A stretch of 64,000 nucleotides of DNA, taken from positions 147,374,001-147,438,000 of the forward strand of contig NC_042998.1 in the NCBI RefSeq assembly GCF_006345805.1, given 5' to 3'. Origin of the DNA: Octopus sinensis. Its lineage: Eukaryota. The notes below the pieces were generated by a model. The model had not been told where the DNA came from and made no database searches. It saw nothing but the letters and a program-made list of their open reading frames with translations. Position numbers and translations under genes: made by a program. The stretch's first letter is position 1. Every line of letters starts with the position of its first letter. Positions 25,425-39,848 of this stretch are shown piece by piece.

Positions 25425-26285
25425 AAGGCAGCGTGCTGGCAGAATCGTTATCACACTGGACGAAGTGTTTAGTAGTATTTTGCCCGTCGCTACGTTCTGA
25501 GTTCAAATTTCACCGAGGTCGACTTTGCTTTTCGTCCTTTCTGGGTCGATAAAATACGTACCAGTTGAACACTGTGGTCAATATAACCGACTAATCCCCC
25601 CCCCCACCACAAAAAAATTCCTTCCCTTGTGGCAAAGTTTGAAACAATTATTATTACTGTTAATATTATTTATTTTTCTTATTGCTGCTTATCTTGTAGT
25701 TATTCCTGTTGTAATTGTTACCGATATTGCTGTTCTAGTTGTTATTGTGGCTGCTTTCCTTGTTATTTTTCCTATTGTTATTGCTGTTATTCCTGTCGCC
25801 TTTGTTCCTGCTGTATTATTCTTGTTGCTAATTTTATTGTTATCTCTGCTGTTGTTATTCTTCTTATTGTTGTATTTGCTTCTTCATATTTCAATCCTAC
25901 TCAGTTATTACAAATTTCTTCTTCCTCTTTTTTTTCCCCTTCTTCTCAAACTTTCGTGTGCTTCCATTAATTTTCGGTGAAATTATTTTTATAAATGCTT
26001 ATTGTTATTTAATCAATTTTATTAAATAATTAGTCCTTCAATTATTTTATTTCTTTAACATTTTTAAGTGTCGTAGGTTGACAAAAGCGTTAAAGTTTCT
26101 TCTATGGTAGTGTTCAAATCTCGCCTGGTGCCAATTTACATTTCCTGCTTCTGGGTCGATAAATTGAAGGCAAACTAGTCAAGTTGTGAGTTCGATTAAT
26201 TCGACTGTATACCCACTCCCAAACTTGTGCTAATGTTAATTCTTCTTCTTCTTCTTCTTCTTCTTCTTCTTCTTCTTCTTCTTCT

Positions 26286-26322
<37 letters not shown>

Positions 26323-27135
26323 ATTAGGACGGCGAACTGGCAGAATCGTCAGCGCACTGGATGAAATGCTTAATCGACTCAATCCGTTTGTCTGTCCTTG
26401 TTTGTCTCCTTGTGGGTAGTAAAGAAATGGGTATTTTCCCCCGTCGCTAGGTTCTAAGTTCAAATTCCGCCGAGGTCGATAAATTAAGTACCTTTCGGTC
26501 GATAAATTAAGTACCGGTGAAACAACGGGGTCAATGTAATCGACTAGTCCTCTCCCCCACAATTTCAGCCCTTGTGCCTATAGTAGATGAAATGATTAAT
26601 GGTATTTCACTCGTTCTGATTCTGCCAAGGTCGACTTTACCTTTCATCCTTTCGGGGTCGATAAATCAAGCACCAGTGAAACACTGAGGTCGATGTAATC
26701 GACTTATCCCCAAAACAGCTGTCCTTGTGGCAAAATTTGAAACCATAATTATTATTGTTATTATTAGGGCGGCGAGCTGGCAGAATCGTTAGCGCGCTGA
26801 ACGAAATGGTTAGCGGTATTTCGTCTGCCGCTACGTTTTGAGTTCAAATTCCGCCGAGGTCGACTTTGCCTTTCATCCTTTCGGGGTCGATTGAATAAGT
26901 ACCAGTTACGCACTGGGGTCGATATAATCGTCTTAATCCGTTTGTCTGTCCTTGTTTGTCCTCTCTAGTAAAGAAATAGGTATTTCGTCCGTCGCTAAGT
27001 TCTGAGTTCAAATTCTGCGAAAGTCGAGTTTACCTTTCATCCTTTCGGAGTCGATAAAATAAGTACCAGTTGAACACTGGGGTCAATGTAATCGATTCAT
27101 CTTCTCAAAAATTGCTGCCCTTGTGACAAAATTTG
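25425..27135 (+). mobile_element. Cluster of ~5 same-orientation SINE family A copies separated by ATT/GTT/CTT tracts, including a dimeric long form (26766-27135)
   Basis: Copies start near 25425, 26070, 26325, 26600 and 26766, each with the head, B-box and/or core text. Confidence 0.9.
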
Positions 27136-27344
27136 AGACCATACAATGGAGAAAACCACCCAGGGTATCCGTCAAACAAACCCCCTCTCACCCCCTCTCT
27201 CAAGCATATACTCACACAAGCACACTCACACTATCACAGACACACTCACACTCCCTGAGACAGATCTTACAGGCTCTAGTCACTCCTCATTCCGAAGTGA
27301 AGACGAGTAAGAACCTTACAAAGCAAAAAAAGTAAATGACAAAG

Positions 27345-28800
27345 GGAAAAGAAAACAGATAGACCTGCACTGTATGTGTATTGTGAGCTTTGGTCTGTGA
27401 TTTTGTGGTGTATGATGCTTTTGTCTTTTGGTATTAGAGTGGTTTGTCCCTCCAGCATCCAATTTGATGTTGATTCTTACTTGCTTACTATCAAGTTAAA
27501 TGCTGCTGTTCCTATATGAGTATGGTACTGGTGAAGTGTTTCAACCAAAAGTTGGGGACCTTGTCTATTCCTGGAGTTTGCCAGTTACTGGTAGTCCTCG
27601 TAGTTCCCGTGATCTCTTCGCTTGTGATGGGTCATACCTGTGATTCTATTTTGCTCTTCCTTTTTTTTTCTCTATTTATCCACTGAGCATTTTTGTTGTG
27701 TTGTTCTTGTTTGCTCCATATTCCTTCGCAGTATGACTGAATTTCTGGTGATTTTGGCATGTTATCTATTGATAGGGTTTTTTGTTTAAGTTTCTGTAAA
27801 TTGTTTTTGTGCTTATTTTAAATTTTGTATTTTCCCGGAAGAAGTTTTCGCGTTTTTCATACCGTTGTATGTAGCAAGCTTTTGCTGCTATACTCCGCTT
27901 TCTTTTAACTCCTTTATTTATGTCATATCTTTTTTTTTTTTGTTATATAGGTCTTCTTTTTCTTTTCATGCTTGATCTCTCTTTCTCTAATTCATGAATT
28001 AGGAATAAGTCTTTGATTTTTTTTTATTTTGTTTATTATATTTTCTTTCCATTTTGGGGTTTGAGATTTGGCTTTTTTTCCCCTTTTTTTTTTTTTCATT
28101 TTCTTTGAATGGATCAAGTCCTGTTTCCCTAGATATCACTACCGCTGCTGAATAGATCAGGTTATTTAGTCTTTTGATATCCAGGGTATCTTTTAATGCG
28201 GTTATTATGTCTTATAGGGATTTATTGTATACATTTATCTTTTCACAGAGCTACTTATAGTTTTGTAGCTTTAGGAGGCGCTTATGCTGACTCATATTTA
28301 TCGACTTCTGTTTTTTGTTATTACTTCAGTCAACTCGTTTCCAGCATCACCTGTAGTTTGTCTGTCATGGTGTGTGTGTTTCTTTTTATTGCTGTCGTTT
28401 TGTGTTTTCAGCATTTGCTTGTCTATGTGTATTTATTACTCGTGTAGGTAACTGTACAAATTTCACTTTGATTTAGGCTTTTATTTTCTGTATGCATGAT
28501 TACCTCTTTTGTGTTTCTTTCTTTTTTGTGGGGGTCTTGTGAGTTTTTGAGGTATAATTTTTCATGTGCTATTTTTCTTTGATTGTAGCCCATTGTTTTG
28601 AGTTGTTTGGTGCTTTGCTTTATTTTCCGTGTTTTTTTTATGAGTTTGTGTATTTCGGTTTTGAAAACTCTCCCTTCTCGCAGGATATATGGTCGGACAT
28701 TCGCAAGTGTGTTTTGTGTGACGTTTTATTCGTTTGGGCAGTGACATTAAGAGATGGATATGTCTGTTCAATGTTAACTTTTTGACAGAACACCACATGC
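27345..28800 (-). mobile_element. R4/Dong-type non-LTR retrotransposon fossil (pre-RT and early RT region)
   Basis: Minus-strand peptides DIKRLNNLIYSAAVVISRETG, AAKACYIQRYEKRENFFRENTKF, SNWQTPGIDKVPNFWLKHF and WMLEGQTTLIPK...PQNHRP. Confidence 0.8.
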
Positions 28801-29699
28801 TAATGCTTCTTTCCTATCGTGATTGACTGAGACTAGCAGATCGAAATTCACCTCTATTTTTATTCCTGATAGTTTCATTACTGTGCATAGCTGCTTTTCC
28901 CCATTGTTCAAAATGAAGCGTGTTGTATTTTTTGTTAAAGCTCTTTAAACGCCGTGTGTTCATAGTTTGTTTTGTTCACGCGTGAAAGTTTGTATGTGTT
29001 CCTGTGTGAATTGTATAAACATTATTTTTGTTGATGTATAAACGAGAAACAGTAGTGTGTATATGTGTAGAAATTGGAATACATATGTGATTAATTCTCA
29101 TACTCAGTTTTGTTGTATACGAATATCGTAGCTCCTCGAGTTGCTTACATTTTTACGCAAGTGTTTTGCTGTGATAATGTATCTAGAAGAAATGATACTT
29201 TATGAAGAAATGATGCTGTGTAGCGGTGATTCAAAACTGAATCCCTGGATACGTAGTTAGACATCACGATCAACCAGCCACGGTTTCGCGTGATCAGTCT
29301 ATTAACCGATCAATAAGCGTGAACCTTGCATCAGGCGTGCCGGTCAGGGTTCAAAAGCAGTGATGTGATCTTGGTCACTTATACACTATGGAAACCGGCT
29401 AACCGATTTTCTGAATCACAGAAAAAAAAAAAAAATTCAGTCTCTCGCTGTACAGGCCTCTTCACATTTTCCTTCCCATTATGAACCGATAACGGTCACA
29501 AGGGGACGCTTTGGCTGAGTTTAGGGATCACTATTCTAGACAAAACTATTTTTAAAATGCCGTTTTAGTAACTTTTTAGATATATAGATAACATCGTGGA
29601 ATGTCACCAAAGGTAATAAAGGAGCTTTTATGTGGTCGCTGGACATTCTAAAAACAGCAAGTAAATTCTCTCAAATCACACACTACTTACTTAAACCTG

Positions 29700-29960
29700 C
29701 TATGAGCCCTTGGACCTATAAGGCCAGAGCTTAACTTGGTTTCCAAGATTTATAAGTGACTGCGATCACAACACCTCTCCCATGCTGAAGGGAACACCAG
29801 TCTGTCTCAGGCCTAACTTCCAAGCTATTATTGGAATTCATTTACATTTGAATGCATTGGAGGACTATAAAGTGAAGTTCAAGAGCGAACGCATTGCTTG
29901 ATCCGGGAATCAAAATCACAATCTTACGATCGTGGGTGCAAAACCCTAATCACTTGGCCC
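29700..29960 (-). mobile_element. Old diverged tRNA-derived SINE
   Basis: Minus-strand head resembling GGCCAAGTGATTAGGG...TTTTGATTCCCGG, with a degenerate body. Confidence 0.4.
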
Positions 29961-29979
29961 ACACACTTTCACACGCGCG

Positions 29980-30036
<57 letters not shown>

Positions 30037-30679
30037 CCACACACACACACCACACAGACTCAACACTTACTGTTTTTAAACATGAACACATTAGATAACG
30101 CTGTCTTGGATATACGGAAGATAGAAGGGTTATGTTTGGAAAGCATCTTAAGTCAACTCACATAGAGGCTGACATGGAACTACATAACGACAACAACCAA
30201 AGTCTGTCACCTCAACACTTATCAGTATTTGAATTTTCAGCTGTACTGTACAGTACTTTGTTGGTATGGCTTATGGTTGTGTCTGGCAGTCGTTGAACGA
30301 CACTAACCCGTCAGACTTCCATCAGATAAGGTTTTTGAGGTAATTGCTCCTGGAAATGGTGCAAAGTCTATCATGAAATATCCAGGTTGTGTACGGCGTC
30401 TATAGAATAAGGAAGAATTAGAGATGGTATCATTTTCGTTATCAACGGGTGTGGTTACTATCAACAATAATTAGCCCGTTAATGTAGAGAAGAAATAGAG
30501 TAGGGAACATAAATTAACATAAATCCACCGTACTGTACATGAAATTTGAGCCAATGTATTACTTCTTAGCATTGAATCAGAAATATTATATTATATTATA
30601 TCATATTATATTATATTACATTATATTACATGATATAAATATATATATATCTATCTGTGTATAATAAATGCGTACATTC

Positions 30680-30725
<46 letters not shown>

Positions 30726-31298
30726 AGCGTGTGTGTGTGTACATGTGTGTATGTGTTTGTGTGTATGTGTGTGTGTGTATTTATATGTAGGCATTTGGGT
30801 GTACGTATTATATATGGGTCAGTATGTGTGGATACATACATACATACATACATACATACATACATGCATGCATGCATGCATACATACATGCATACATACA
30901 TACATACATACATATATACATACATATACAAACACACAAGCACGCACGCACATATACAAACATGAATATGCATACACACATGAATATACATGAATATAGT
31001 TATACACAAGCGCATGAGCACGTACACATACGCATGCAACAAAATCTCGAACAAACAAACACAAAACAATCGGATATTTAGTAAATTAGTGGAATTGAAC
31101 CAGTGTATGTGTTACTTATATTGACATGATGACTGTCCTGAACATGACAAAATTTGTTTCAACGCATCAATGCACATAAAGAATCTTGCAAACCAGATAC
31201 AAAAACCAAGTGGACCGTTAATCTTTACACATATTTTTGTCTCCCTTTTTTTATTTTTTTCATTCTTTCTCTGTTTTTTTCCCACCTCTTAATCCTTT

Positions 31299-31410
31299 CT
31301 GTCGAAGAGCGTAGGCTCGAAACGTAAACGACTTTTCCATTCTTCCCGAGCATTAAACTAATACACCTGCTTATTGTTCCTACCCATGTCTTCGCCTTTT
31401 ATTTTCTGTA
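31299..31410 (+). ncRNA. Variant hammerhead-like motif at the start of a putative pLTR remnant
   Basis: CTGTCGA-A-GAGC(GTAG)GCTC-GAAA-CG-TA: perfect 4-bp stem II and a loopless ACGT palindrome. Core A6 is replaced by T and stem I is weak. A T-rich tract and (TA)n follow. Confidence 0.45.
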
Positions 31411-31429
31411 AATTTGAACTATATATATA

Positions 31430-31872
<443 letters not shown>

Positions 31873-34161
31873 CACACACACACACACACACACACATACA
31901 TAATATAATATAACATAATATAATATAATGTGATATTTATCCTCCAATGCGGTGTTGAGCACTCATTCTCGCTGTTCGATATTAGCGTGTGTGTATGTGT
32001 GTGTGTATGAACATACATACACACACACACACACACACATACATGCATACATACATACATACATATATACATACATACATACATACATACATACATACAT
32101 ACATACATACATACATACATACATACATACATTCTATCTTATGTCGTGATCGTCTAGATTATATTACATTTATATGTGTATGTAAGCAAGAGTCAAATAG
32201 TGTTCCCTATATATTTATTGCACATGTTCAATTGTTCTGTTTCTAGTTTGTTGGAGTTGCCCCTACCGTACGATATCCACGGGAAATGTTAACATTTTTA
32301 TCCTGTATCACACCAGTGATCCGAGATAACAATCAGCTTTTTAAGTTAAACGTCGTTGCCATCATACTCCACCGAAGCTTCTAATCTATTGGCCAAACCT
32401 CTGCCGCGCCACCACCTCTCGATAAATATATTAATCGATTTTTAGAGAAGGAAGAACGAGAAATGTCGAGAAGGAAGAGAGAGAGGGGGAAAAGTGGGGA
32501 GGAGAGGGAGGCGATAGTGGTTAGATCTCTAAAAGAAAGAGATGGGAGTCAAGAATTGTAGAACTAGACTTAGTTTAAATTAATGACGGGAAGAGTAAGA
32601 AAGGGTGACAAATTTGCATACATACACACACACGCATACATACATGCATACATACATACATTTTTACGGTTAGTCACTGTCTTACTTTTGTATTATATCT
32701 TTTTCTTTTTGTCTTTCAATCGTCATAACAACTGTTTCTATTGCTCTGTACGAGTCAATTGTTCAACTCTATATCACGCGTTAATTCATTTGATACAATT
32801 GCCTCCATTTTCTAAATGACGTTATGAAGATATTTCTTTAAATCCTCGTCTAAATAACTACTTCTATTTGGAACAGTTTTCAATTTTCTTTCTCACGTTT
32901 GATAACCAATCGACACAAATTTCTGCTACCAAAATGTTCCCCCCACCACCACCACATAACTTGGCCAAAACATCTTTATCACTGCATTCAGTTCTCTTCA
33001 ATTTTATACAACACAGACAATATGTGACACACAGAGCTATATTATCCATATGTTTTGGTAATCATCTACTGGTGAACCATTGATCGAACGAGTCTCTACC
33101 ATCACACTTACATGTTCATAAATTTTGGTAGGACAACCCATAGCAGCGTGGATAAAGATAAGGTTACATATGAAAAACTGTCCTCAACAATGGAATTATA
33201 TTATCCCCAAAGAACTGTAAATTACAAAGAACTGTAAATTCTTCTTCCAAAGAACTGTAAATTGCAGTAGATTTCTCACTGACCAATCTATCTCTTAACA
33301 ATTTTCAATACAAACATCAACCACATTGATCTAAATACTCCGTGAGCAGAAGTGGTATCACGCATTGACGTACACATCTCAGAACTTTAGGCTCACACTC
33401 CATCACATATTTCTCTCACCCATCTCATCGTACTCAGTCTCAATCTTTACGACTTCACTTCTTCCCTATTTCTACATTCCATCCATTTGACGTCAGCCTC
33501 ACTCTCCATTTTTTTTCTATTTCTTCCTTACTCCTTTAAATTTCTCTCTTATTTGTCATCTAATTTTCTTAATAATTACCTCCAATTTACTTTATCACGC
33601 GCAATTTACTTTACCACACAAACATACATATACAAGCATCCCTAATCCATCAAATATCCTCCTCTGATCCGTTGTTCAAACTCGCTTTAAAATACTCTTT
33701 TGTTTTTTCTTTCTCTTCAGTCGTCTGCCTTTTATCAAGATGGCTGGACTAAATATACATCGAAGTAGCGTCCTGCATATAAAATATAAGCGGTGGAATA
33801 TCATATTTATAATAAAGTGAACTAAAAACAACTTCGATTAACAAAGATTATTTAAGGCATTAGCAGTAAAAATCGCCCTCAAGAGATGAGCAGCTTTTAC
33901 TATCAAGGGAGACAAATGCAATAAAATCAATAAATTGAAATTTTATAGAATAGAGAAAATATGCTGTGTGAGACTGATTTTAGGTGAAATTGTGACGATG
34001 CCGAATACTTGCTGTCTTTTTAGACCTCTTACTCACTTTGTAAAGTTAAGAATGATCAATGTGTGTGTGCATGTGTGTCTGTACGTGTGTGTGTGTGCGC
34101 ACGCGAGCGTGCGTGTGCATGTATGCCAATACCTGTGTGTATACATACACAACAGACACTG

Positions 34162-34193
<32 letters not shown>

Positions 34194-34395
34194 TGTATGT
34201 ATGTATGTATGTATGTATGTATGTATGTATGTATGTATATGAATGATAGTACAAAGGAATTAAAGTAGCTCTCAACGAACATATTCGGCTGGAATTAGAT
34301 GTACTTAATATTAGTTAGTGTCTCTATACTACTTGGGGTTTCGTGGGCGCGCAGGACGTCGCTGCCTCATCAGACATTCGAGAGAGATGGGTGGT

Positions 34396-34435
<40 letters not shown>

Positions 34436-34485
34436 CAGACAGAGAAGAGATGACGTTGACAACGAAGATGACGACGACGATGTCC

Positions 34486-34519
<34 letters not shown>

Positions 34520-35029
34520 TGATGATGATGATAATGATGATGATGATGATGATGATAATGATGATGAAGAGGAGGAGGCAGCAGAAGAGGGACACTACAA
34601 CTGAATAAAATACTTCGGTATACTGCACCGGAAATGCTATATGTATAGGTCTTACATATGTTACGCTCTGAAATTATCCATACAGTTAGTAACGAAAGAC
34701 TCTCTGTGTGGGTATTTCACTCATAAAATCAACAAGCAAGAAGAAAAAAACTCCTGTACAGTCCATTTAGACGTTTCAGAGACTACTCACCCACCCACTC
34801 ATCTTTTCACCTCTTGCCGCATCTATACCCCACCTCCCAGGCCCGCACGACCTACAATGTCCAAACCTTTCGTCCCCATCTGTTATCCCTCTGAAATCTT
34901 CTCGCATGTGTCTACCCTGCGAGTGTTGACCTGTGACAAGCTCACCGATCTTGCAGAGGTTATGAGTAATACCCCTTCTTCCAGGCTAGATAAATAAAAG
35001 AACTTTTTTAAATAGTTGGCAATACTTAA

Positions 35030-35081
35030 AGGTCACATAAATATATATATATATATATTATATATATATATATTATATATA

Positions 35082-35133
<52 letters not shown>

Positions 35134-35164
35134 GTGCATATATATATATATGTATATAAATGTG

Positions 35165-35201
<37 letters not shown>

Positions 35202-35279
35202 ATAGAGAGAGAGAGAGATGTCTATGTATCTATGTATATTATCTTCCACCTAGCTAGCTAGCTATCTGCGTATATATAT

Positions 35280-35327
<48 letters not shown>

Positions 35328-35441
35328 CACGTGACCACGTGATCGACCAGGCCATCAGATGTTGTTACACATCGCTGGTCACAATGCGTTCGCATTGCTT
35401 TAGCCTTCGAATGACGCCACCCCGCTGGCTAAGCGAGCAGG

Positions 35442-35483
<42 letters not shown>

Positions 35484-35511
35484 ATATATTATATATATAT
35501 ATGTATGTATA

Positions 35512-35565
<54 letters not shown>

Positions 35566-35593
35566 ATATATATATATATATATAGTATATATA

Positions 35594-35639
<46 letters not shown>

Positions 35640-35661
35640 ATATATATGTATATATATGTAT

Positions 35662-35703
<42 letters not shown>

Positions 35704-35800
35704 AATGTGTATCTATATATATATATATGTATATATATTATATATATATGTATGTATGTATATATATGTATATACATACATATATATATATATATATGTA

Positions 35801-35867
<67 letters not shown>

Positions 35868-35870
35868 TAT
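35030..35870. repeat. Long compound (TA)n/(TG)n microsatellite field with a short repeat fragment at 35328-35445
   Basis: Direct inspection. It is representative of dozens of TA, CA, TATG, GAAA, ATT and GAT tracts across the window. Confidence 0.95.
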
Positions 35871-36329
35871 AAGAAGAGCAGAGGGAGGAGAGGAGGTGAA
35901 GGGCGAAGAAGAAGAAGAAGAAGAAGGAGGAGGAGGAGGAGGAGGAGGAGGAGAAGATGATGATGATGATGATGATGATAAAGATGGTAGTGTGATGGTT
36001 GTGATGGTGATGGTGTCGGTGATATGTTATCAGAAGTTACAGTGTAAGTTGGTAGGAATGTGGGCCACGATAAAAGTTTGTATATTGGCCTTGACCTGGG
36101 GTTAAGTAGGAGGTGTTCCCCAAATAACGGAGTTGGTTGTATGAAGTTAGTGTTTAACAGAACAGAAGGTCGGCTATCTTTCATCACACCCGCATACCTA
36201 TACACTCACGCGCGGAACCACACACACGCACGTGCGCACTTTATATTTATATATATACATGCATAATACATACATATATGTGTGGGGGGGGGTCTTTTTC
36301 TGTTGGGCTGCACCTGTGGAAATTTCAAA

Positions 36330-36700
36330 GTTTTCTGTACATACATACATATCATTCATCTTTACTTTTTTTCAGGAATTAGACTGCTGTCATGCTGAGG
36401 CACTGACATGAAGGGCTTTATTCGAACGAATACACCACATTGCCTTCTTATATTCAACAAAAATATGGTACTTATTCTATCGTTCTCTTCCGCCGAACCG
36501 CTAAACTAACATCGGTTGTCAAGCAGTGGTGGGGAAAAGCACAAACATACATATACAACAGGTTTCTTTCAGTTTCCGCCTACCAAATCCACTCCGACTT
36601 TCGTTGGCCTGGCATATAGTAGAAGACACTTGCCCAAGTTACCGTACCGTAGGACTGAACCCAAAATCATATGATTGCGAAGCAAACGCATTACCACCCA
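36330..36700 (-). mobile_element. SINE family B
   Basis: Reverse complement of the family B body (CCGCCGAACCGCTAA..., TTTCAGTTTCCG, AGAAGACACTTGCCCAAG, ACTGAACCC). Confidence 0.8.
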
Positions 36701-36719
36701 CCTACACGTATTTGAACTC

Positions 36720-37330
36720 ACCCAACTGGTGTTATGTGGAGGATTTCTTCTCAACTTGAAAATGTTTCCAAGATCATTTGGACGTATTGTTACAATCGAA
36801 ATGGAATATCTTCCACCTCCTGTGGGCAACTGGAACTGATCCATTTTCATTAATTTATTCTTTTAATTGTCTGTGGTCAGACATTGGTCCTGTGCGGCTA
36901 AAATCACTCCTTCCGTTTCTACTGTTACTCCTAATTTTTTCAACCATGGTCAGCTTTCATTCTTCTAACTTCTCTGTCGAGCCTCGTAGGATATTGACCA
37001 TGAAGTGTTTTTTCTCTTTATTTTTTTCTTTGGTATATTTTGTAATTGTTTTTTTATGTCTTTTTGTCTTTTTAGCCATTTCTGTTGCCTAAATTTATTG
37101 TGATCTGAATTTATTGTCTCGTTTCTACTCTGTACTTTATTGAGTATTGAAAAAGTCTTTCTTCATCGTTCTTTATTGCATTTATCAGTCTTCTAATCTT
37201 TGTTTCTGTTTTTCCTGTCCAACTGTTGTCCTTTCTATTTGTGTCAGGCCACTCTTTGTATGGGGGAAAGGTTAGGTATATTCTGTCTATATCTGTTTTG
37301 GAGTAGTGAGTTTGGTATACCATTAGTAGT
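36720..37330 (-). mobile_element. R4/Dong-type fossil (post-RT region)
   Basis: Minus-strand peptides HYSKTDIDRIYL, KEKK.HGQY and PWLKKLGVTVETEGVILAAQDQCLTT, matching HHPKADxDRLYL / LHGQY / ETEGxIxAAQDQ. Confidence 0.75.
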
Positions 37331-37544
37331 TTCCTGAGTTTTTTTTTTTTTTAATTTTTAACTCACTCAGCATACAGCACATTTCCGTGTCCTGTATTTT
37401 AGCTGTTTCGTCCATTACAAGGTATTTGCTTTGCTAATTGTGATTTATTATAATTTTCATCATCATCATCATCATCGTCGTCGTCGTCGTCGTCGTCATC
37501 ATCATCATCGTCATCATCATCGGTATCATCATCGTCATCATCAT

Positions 37545-38105
37545 CATTATTTGAGTTCAAATTCCGCCGTGGCCGATTTTCCTTTTGATCCTTTCGGGAT
37601 CAATGAAAAAAGAATCAGTTGAGCATTGGGGTCGATATAATCGACTAACCCCAACTCCCCAAATTTCAGACCCTGTGCGTAGCACGCAAGGCAAAATGCC
37701 TTAGCAGTTTTCGTCCCTCTTTACGTTCTGAGTTCCAAATTCTGTTGAAGTCCACTTTGTCTTTCGTCCATTCGGATCGATGAAATAAGTACCAGCTGAG
37801 TAATGGGATCGATGTAATCGACTAGCCCCCTCCTCGAACTTGCTGGCTTTGTGCCAAAATTTGAAATCATTATTAGTAAGGCAACGAGCTGGCAGAATCA
37901 TTAACGCCATAGACAAAACGTTTTAGCAGCGCTTCTTCCTGTTCTTTACGTTCAGAGTTCAAATCCGGCGGAAGTCAACTTCTTTTCCATGCTTTTGCGG
38001 TCGATAAAATAAAGTACCGGTCAAGTACTGAAATCAATGTAACCAATTTAACTCAATGTATTCAACTTAACCACTCAAAATTGCTGGCCTTGTGCCAAAA
38101 TTAGA
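37545..38105 (+). mobile_element. Three consecutive SINE family A copies
   Basis: Cores near 37560, 37740 and 37970, head-to-tail. Confidence 0.85.
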
Positions 38106-39746
38106 AAGAATTATTTCTGTTAGTAGTAGTCGTAGCAATAGTAGTAATAGTAGTAGTAGCAGGAGCAGTAGGAGTAATTCATTTCTCTACTTCGTAGAAT
38201 CAAAGTGCGTGCATAAAAACATTAAAAGCCTAGGAATACACATACAGTAGGGTGTAACAGAAAATACAATCTAATAAATTGACATGTGCAAGTGATTAAG
38301 GCGAATTAAGATAATCGGGAAAGTAAGATATGTTTTTAATTTGTTACGAAAACATTATAAAAGCAGGTAACTCTTTGATAACAGCTAGCAAAGAATTTCA
38401 GAACCGTGGGGAGATGTAGACAAAAGTTCTGTTAAGTGTTTGGTTATTGATGGGGCATGGGAAGGCGCCAACAATCTCTGTTGGTTCTGTATTTGTTCCG
38501 AGAGCCGGTAGAACTAAACTTGGTAAGTCTTTCAAATAATTTGGTTCGGAGTCAAAAACACACTTTTACGGACCATGATTTTATACAGAGCGCCAATGCT
38601 GGTTTAACGCGTTCAAATCTATTTAGCACTTGATAAAATATGCTCATATATTGGTGAGTAGGTATGCGAGGCAGTGAACGAAATAATGCAAATTTAAGAC
38701 TAGTTCAAATATTTTAAAGAGGTAGTTGAACGCGTTATGACTTTTGGCAATAATTTGTAACTGAGAAAAAAATTCTCGCTTAACATAAAAGATGTTAAAA
38801 CACCATAGCCATCTCAGCGAGAATTCTTTTTCACGGTAAACTGCAGTGAAAAGCCTTTACAGGTCCAAATATTTTAAGTTTGTACTCCTCCTTTCACTGG
38901 TTCGCGTATCTACACAAGAATTTGTTCCGGCCTGACGACCAATACGCTGTCAGTCAATAAAGCTTTCCACTAAGTTTTGAGTTGTCTCTCTTGGCATCCG
39001 GTAAACGAAATGTATCCGTCAGTCCAAAAGAGAACGCTCTGAGCTCACTATAGTATTTCTACAACTTTCCATCTTGAGCAAGAATTGACAAACTGTATTA
39101 AAAACAAAACAAAAAAAAAACCTTTACAATTTCAAATTCCACTCAAACATTTGATTTCCTCATAAGTTTGTTTGCTCGTGTATGTTTTGAATGGTTTCGA
39201 ACTTTTTCAGTCGTGTTTTGCGTTAATTTTTGTATTAGTACCATTCCATTTTCCCGATCCTCACACAGCTGCGCAAGTGAAGCTGAAATTTCTGAAGAAT
39301 ATTTATTGTGTGATCCTCAAAATTTAGATACTTTTACATACACACACATATACTCATGCAGAATTGAAACGCAGTTTGATTTTTTTTTTCACCGTAGAAT
39401 TTCCATCGTCCCACTACCAAGTGTGCTATCATCCCTTCTTTCCTTATTCCTCATTCATATGTTGTGACGGAGAAAAACACTAGTATTATTATAGTAGATA
39501 TATAATTAGAATTTAAAGTTAAAGAACTAAGGTCTCGAAAGTAGGCATTAAATGCAGTATCCAAACCGTGTTTCAGGGTAAGTCCCAGGTAGTGTGTCTG
39601 CGGTGCACGTTCATCACTTATAGCTATCAGGCGTCATCAGCGATATTTTCGATTCATCGTTGGATCTACGTCCAGAAATTCCAGAGTACACGTAGGGTGT
39701 ATTTTAAAGATTAATGGAGAAGATGTATAACAAAAGCATTTATTAG

Positions 39747-39848
39747 CACAACTGTTTCGGCTTCAAGTTGCACTGCTCCCTATTGGGCGTGGAATGATGC
39801 AATAACACCAGATGCAACGCACAGTGCAAAAGAACCTCTTCAGGTGAC
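39747..39848 (-). ncRNA. Degenerate hammerhead-like motif (PLE pLTR remnant)
   Basis: Minus strand: CTGAAGA-GGTTC..TTGCACTG...CAGTGCAA..GAAGCC-GAAA-C(AGTT)G-TG. It has a long stem II, but a G at the cleavage position and no complete stem I. Confidence 0.5.

Noticed and set aside
33208-33262. Short local tandem repeats (AAAGAACTGTAAATT x3; also 4997-5037 and 63764-63818)
   Set aside because: Ordinary slippage duplications with no sign of function.
33721-33770. Strong acceptor followed by SSAFYQDGWTKYTSK*
   Set aside because: Acceptor only, with no matching upstream exon or recognisable peptide.
38402-38510. Sushi/CCP-like peptide VKCLVIDGAWEGANNLC
   Set aside because: Only part of the motif is present, and an in-frame stop precedes the nearest good donor.
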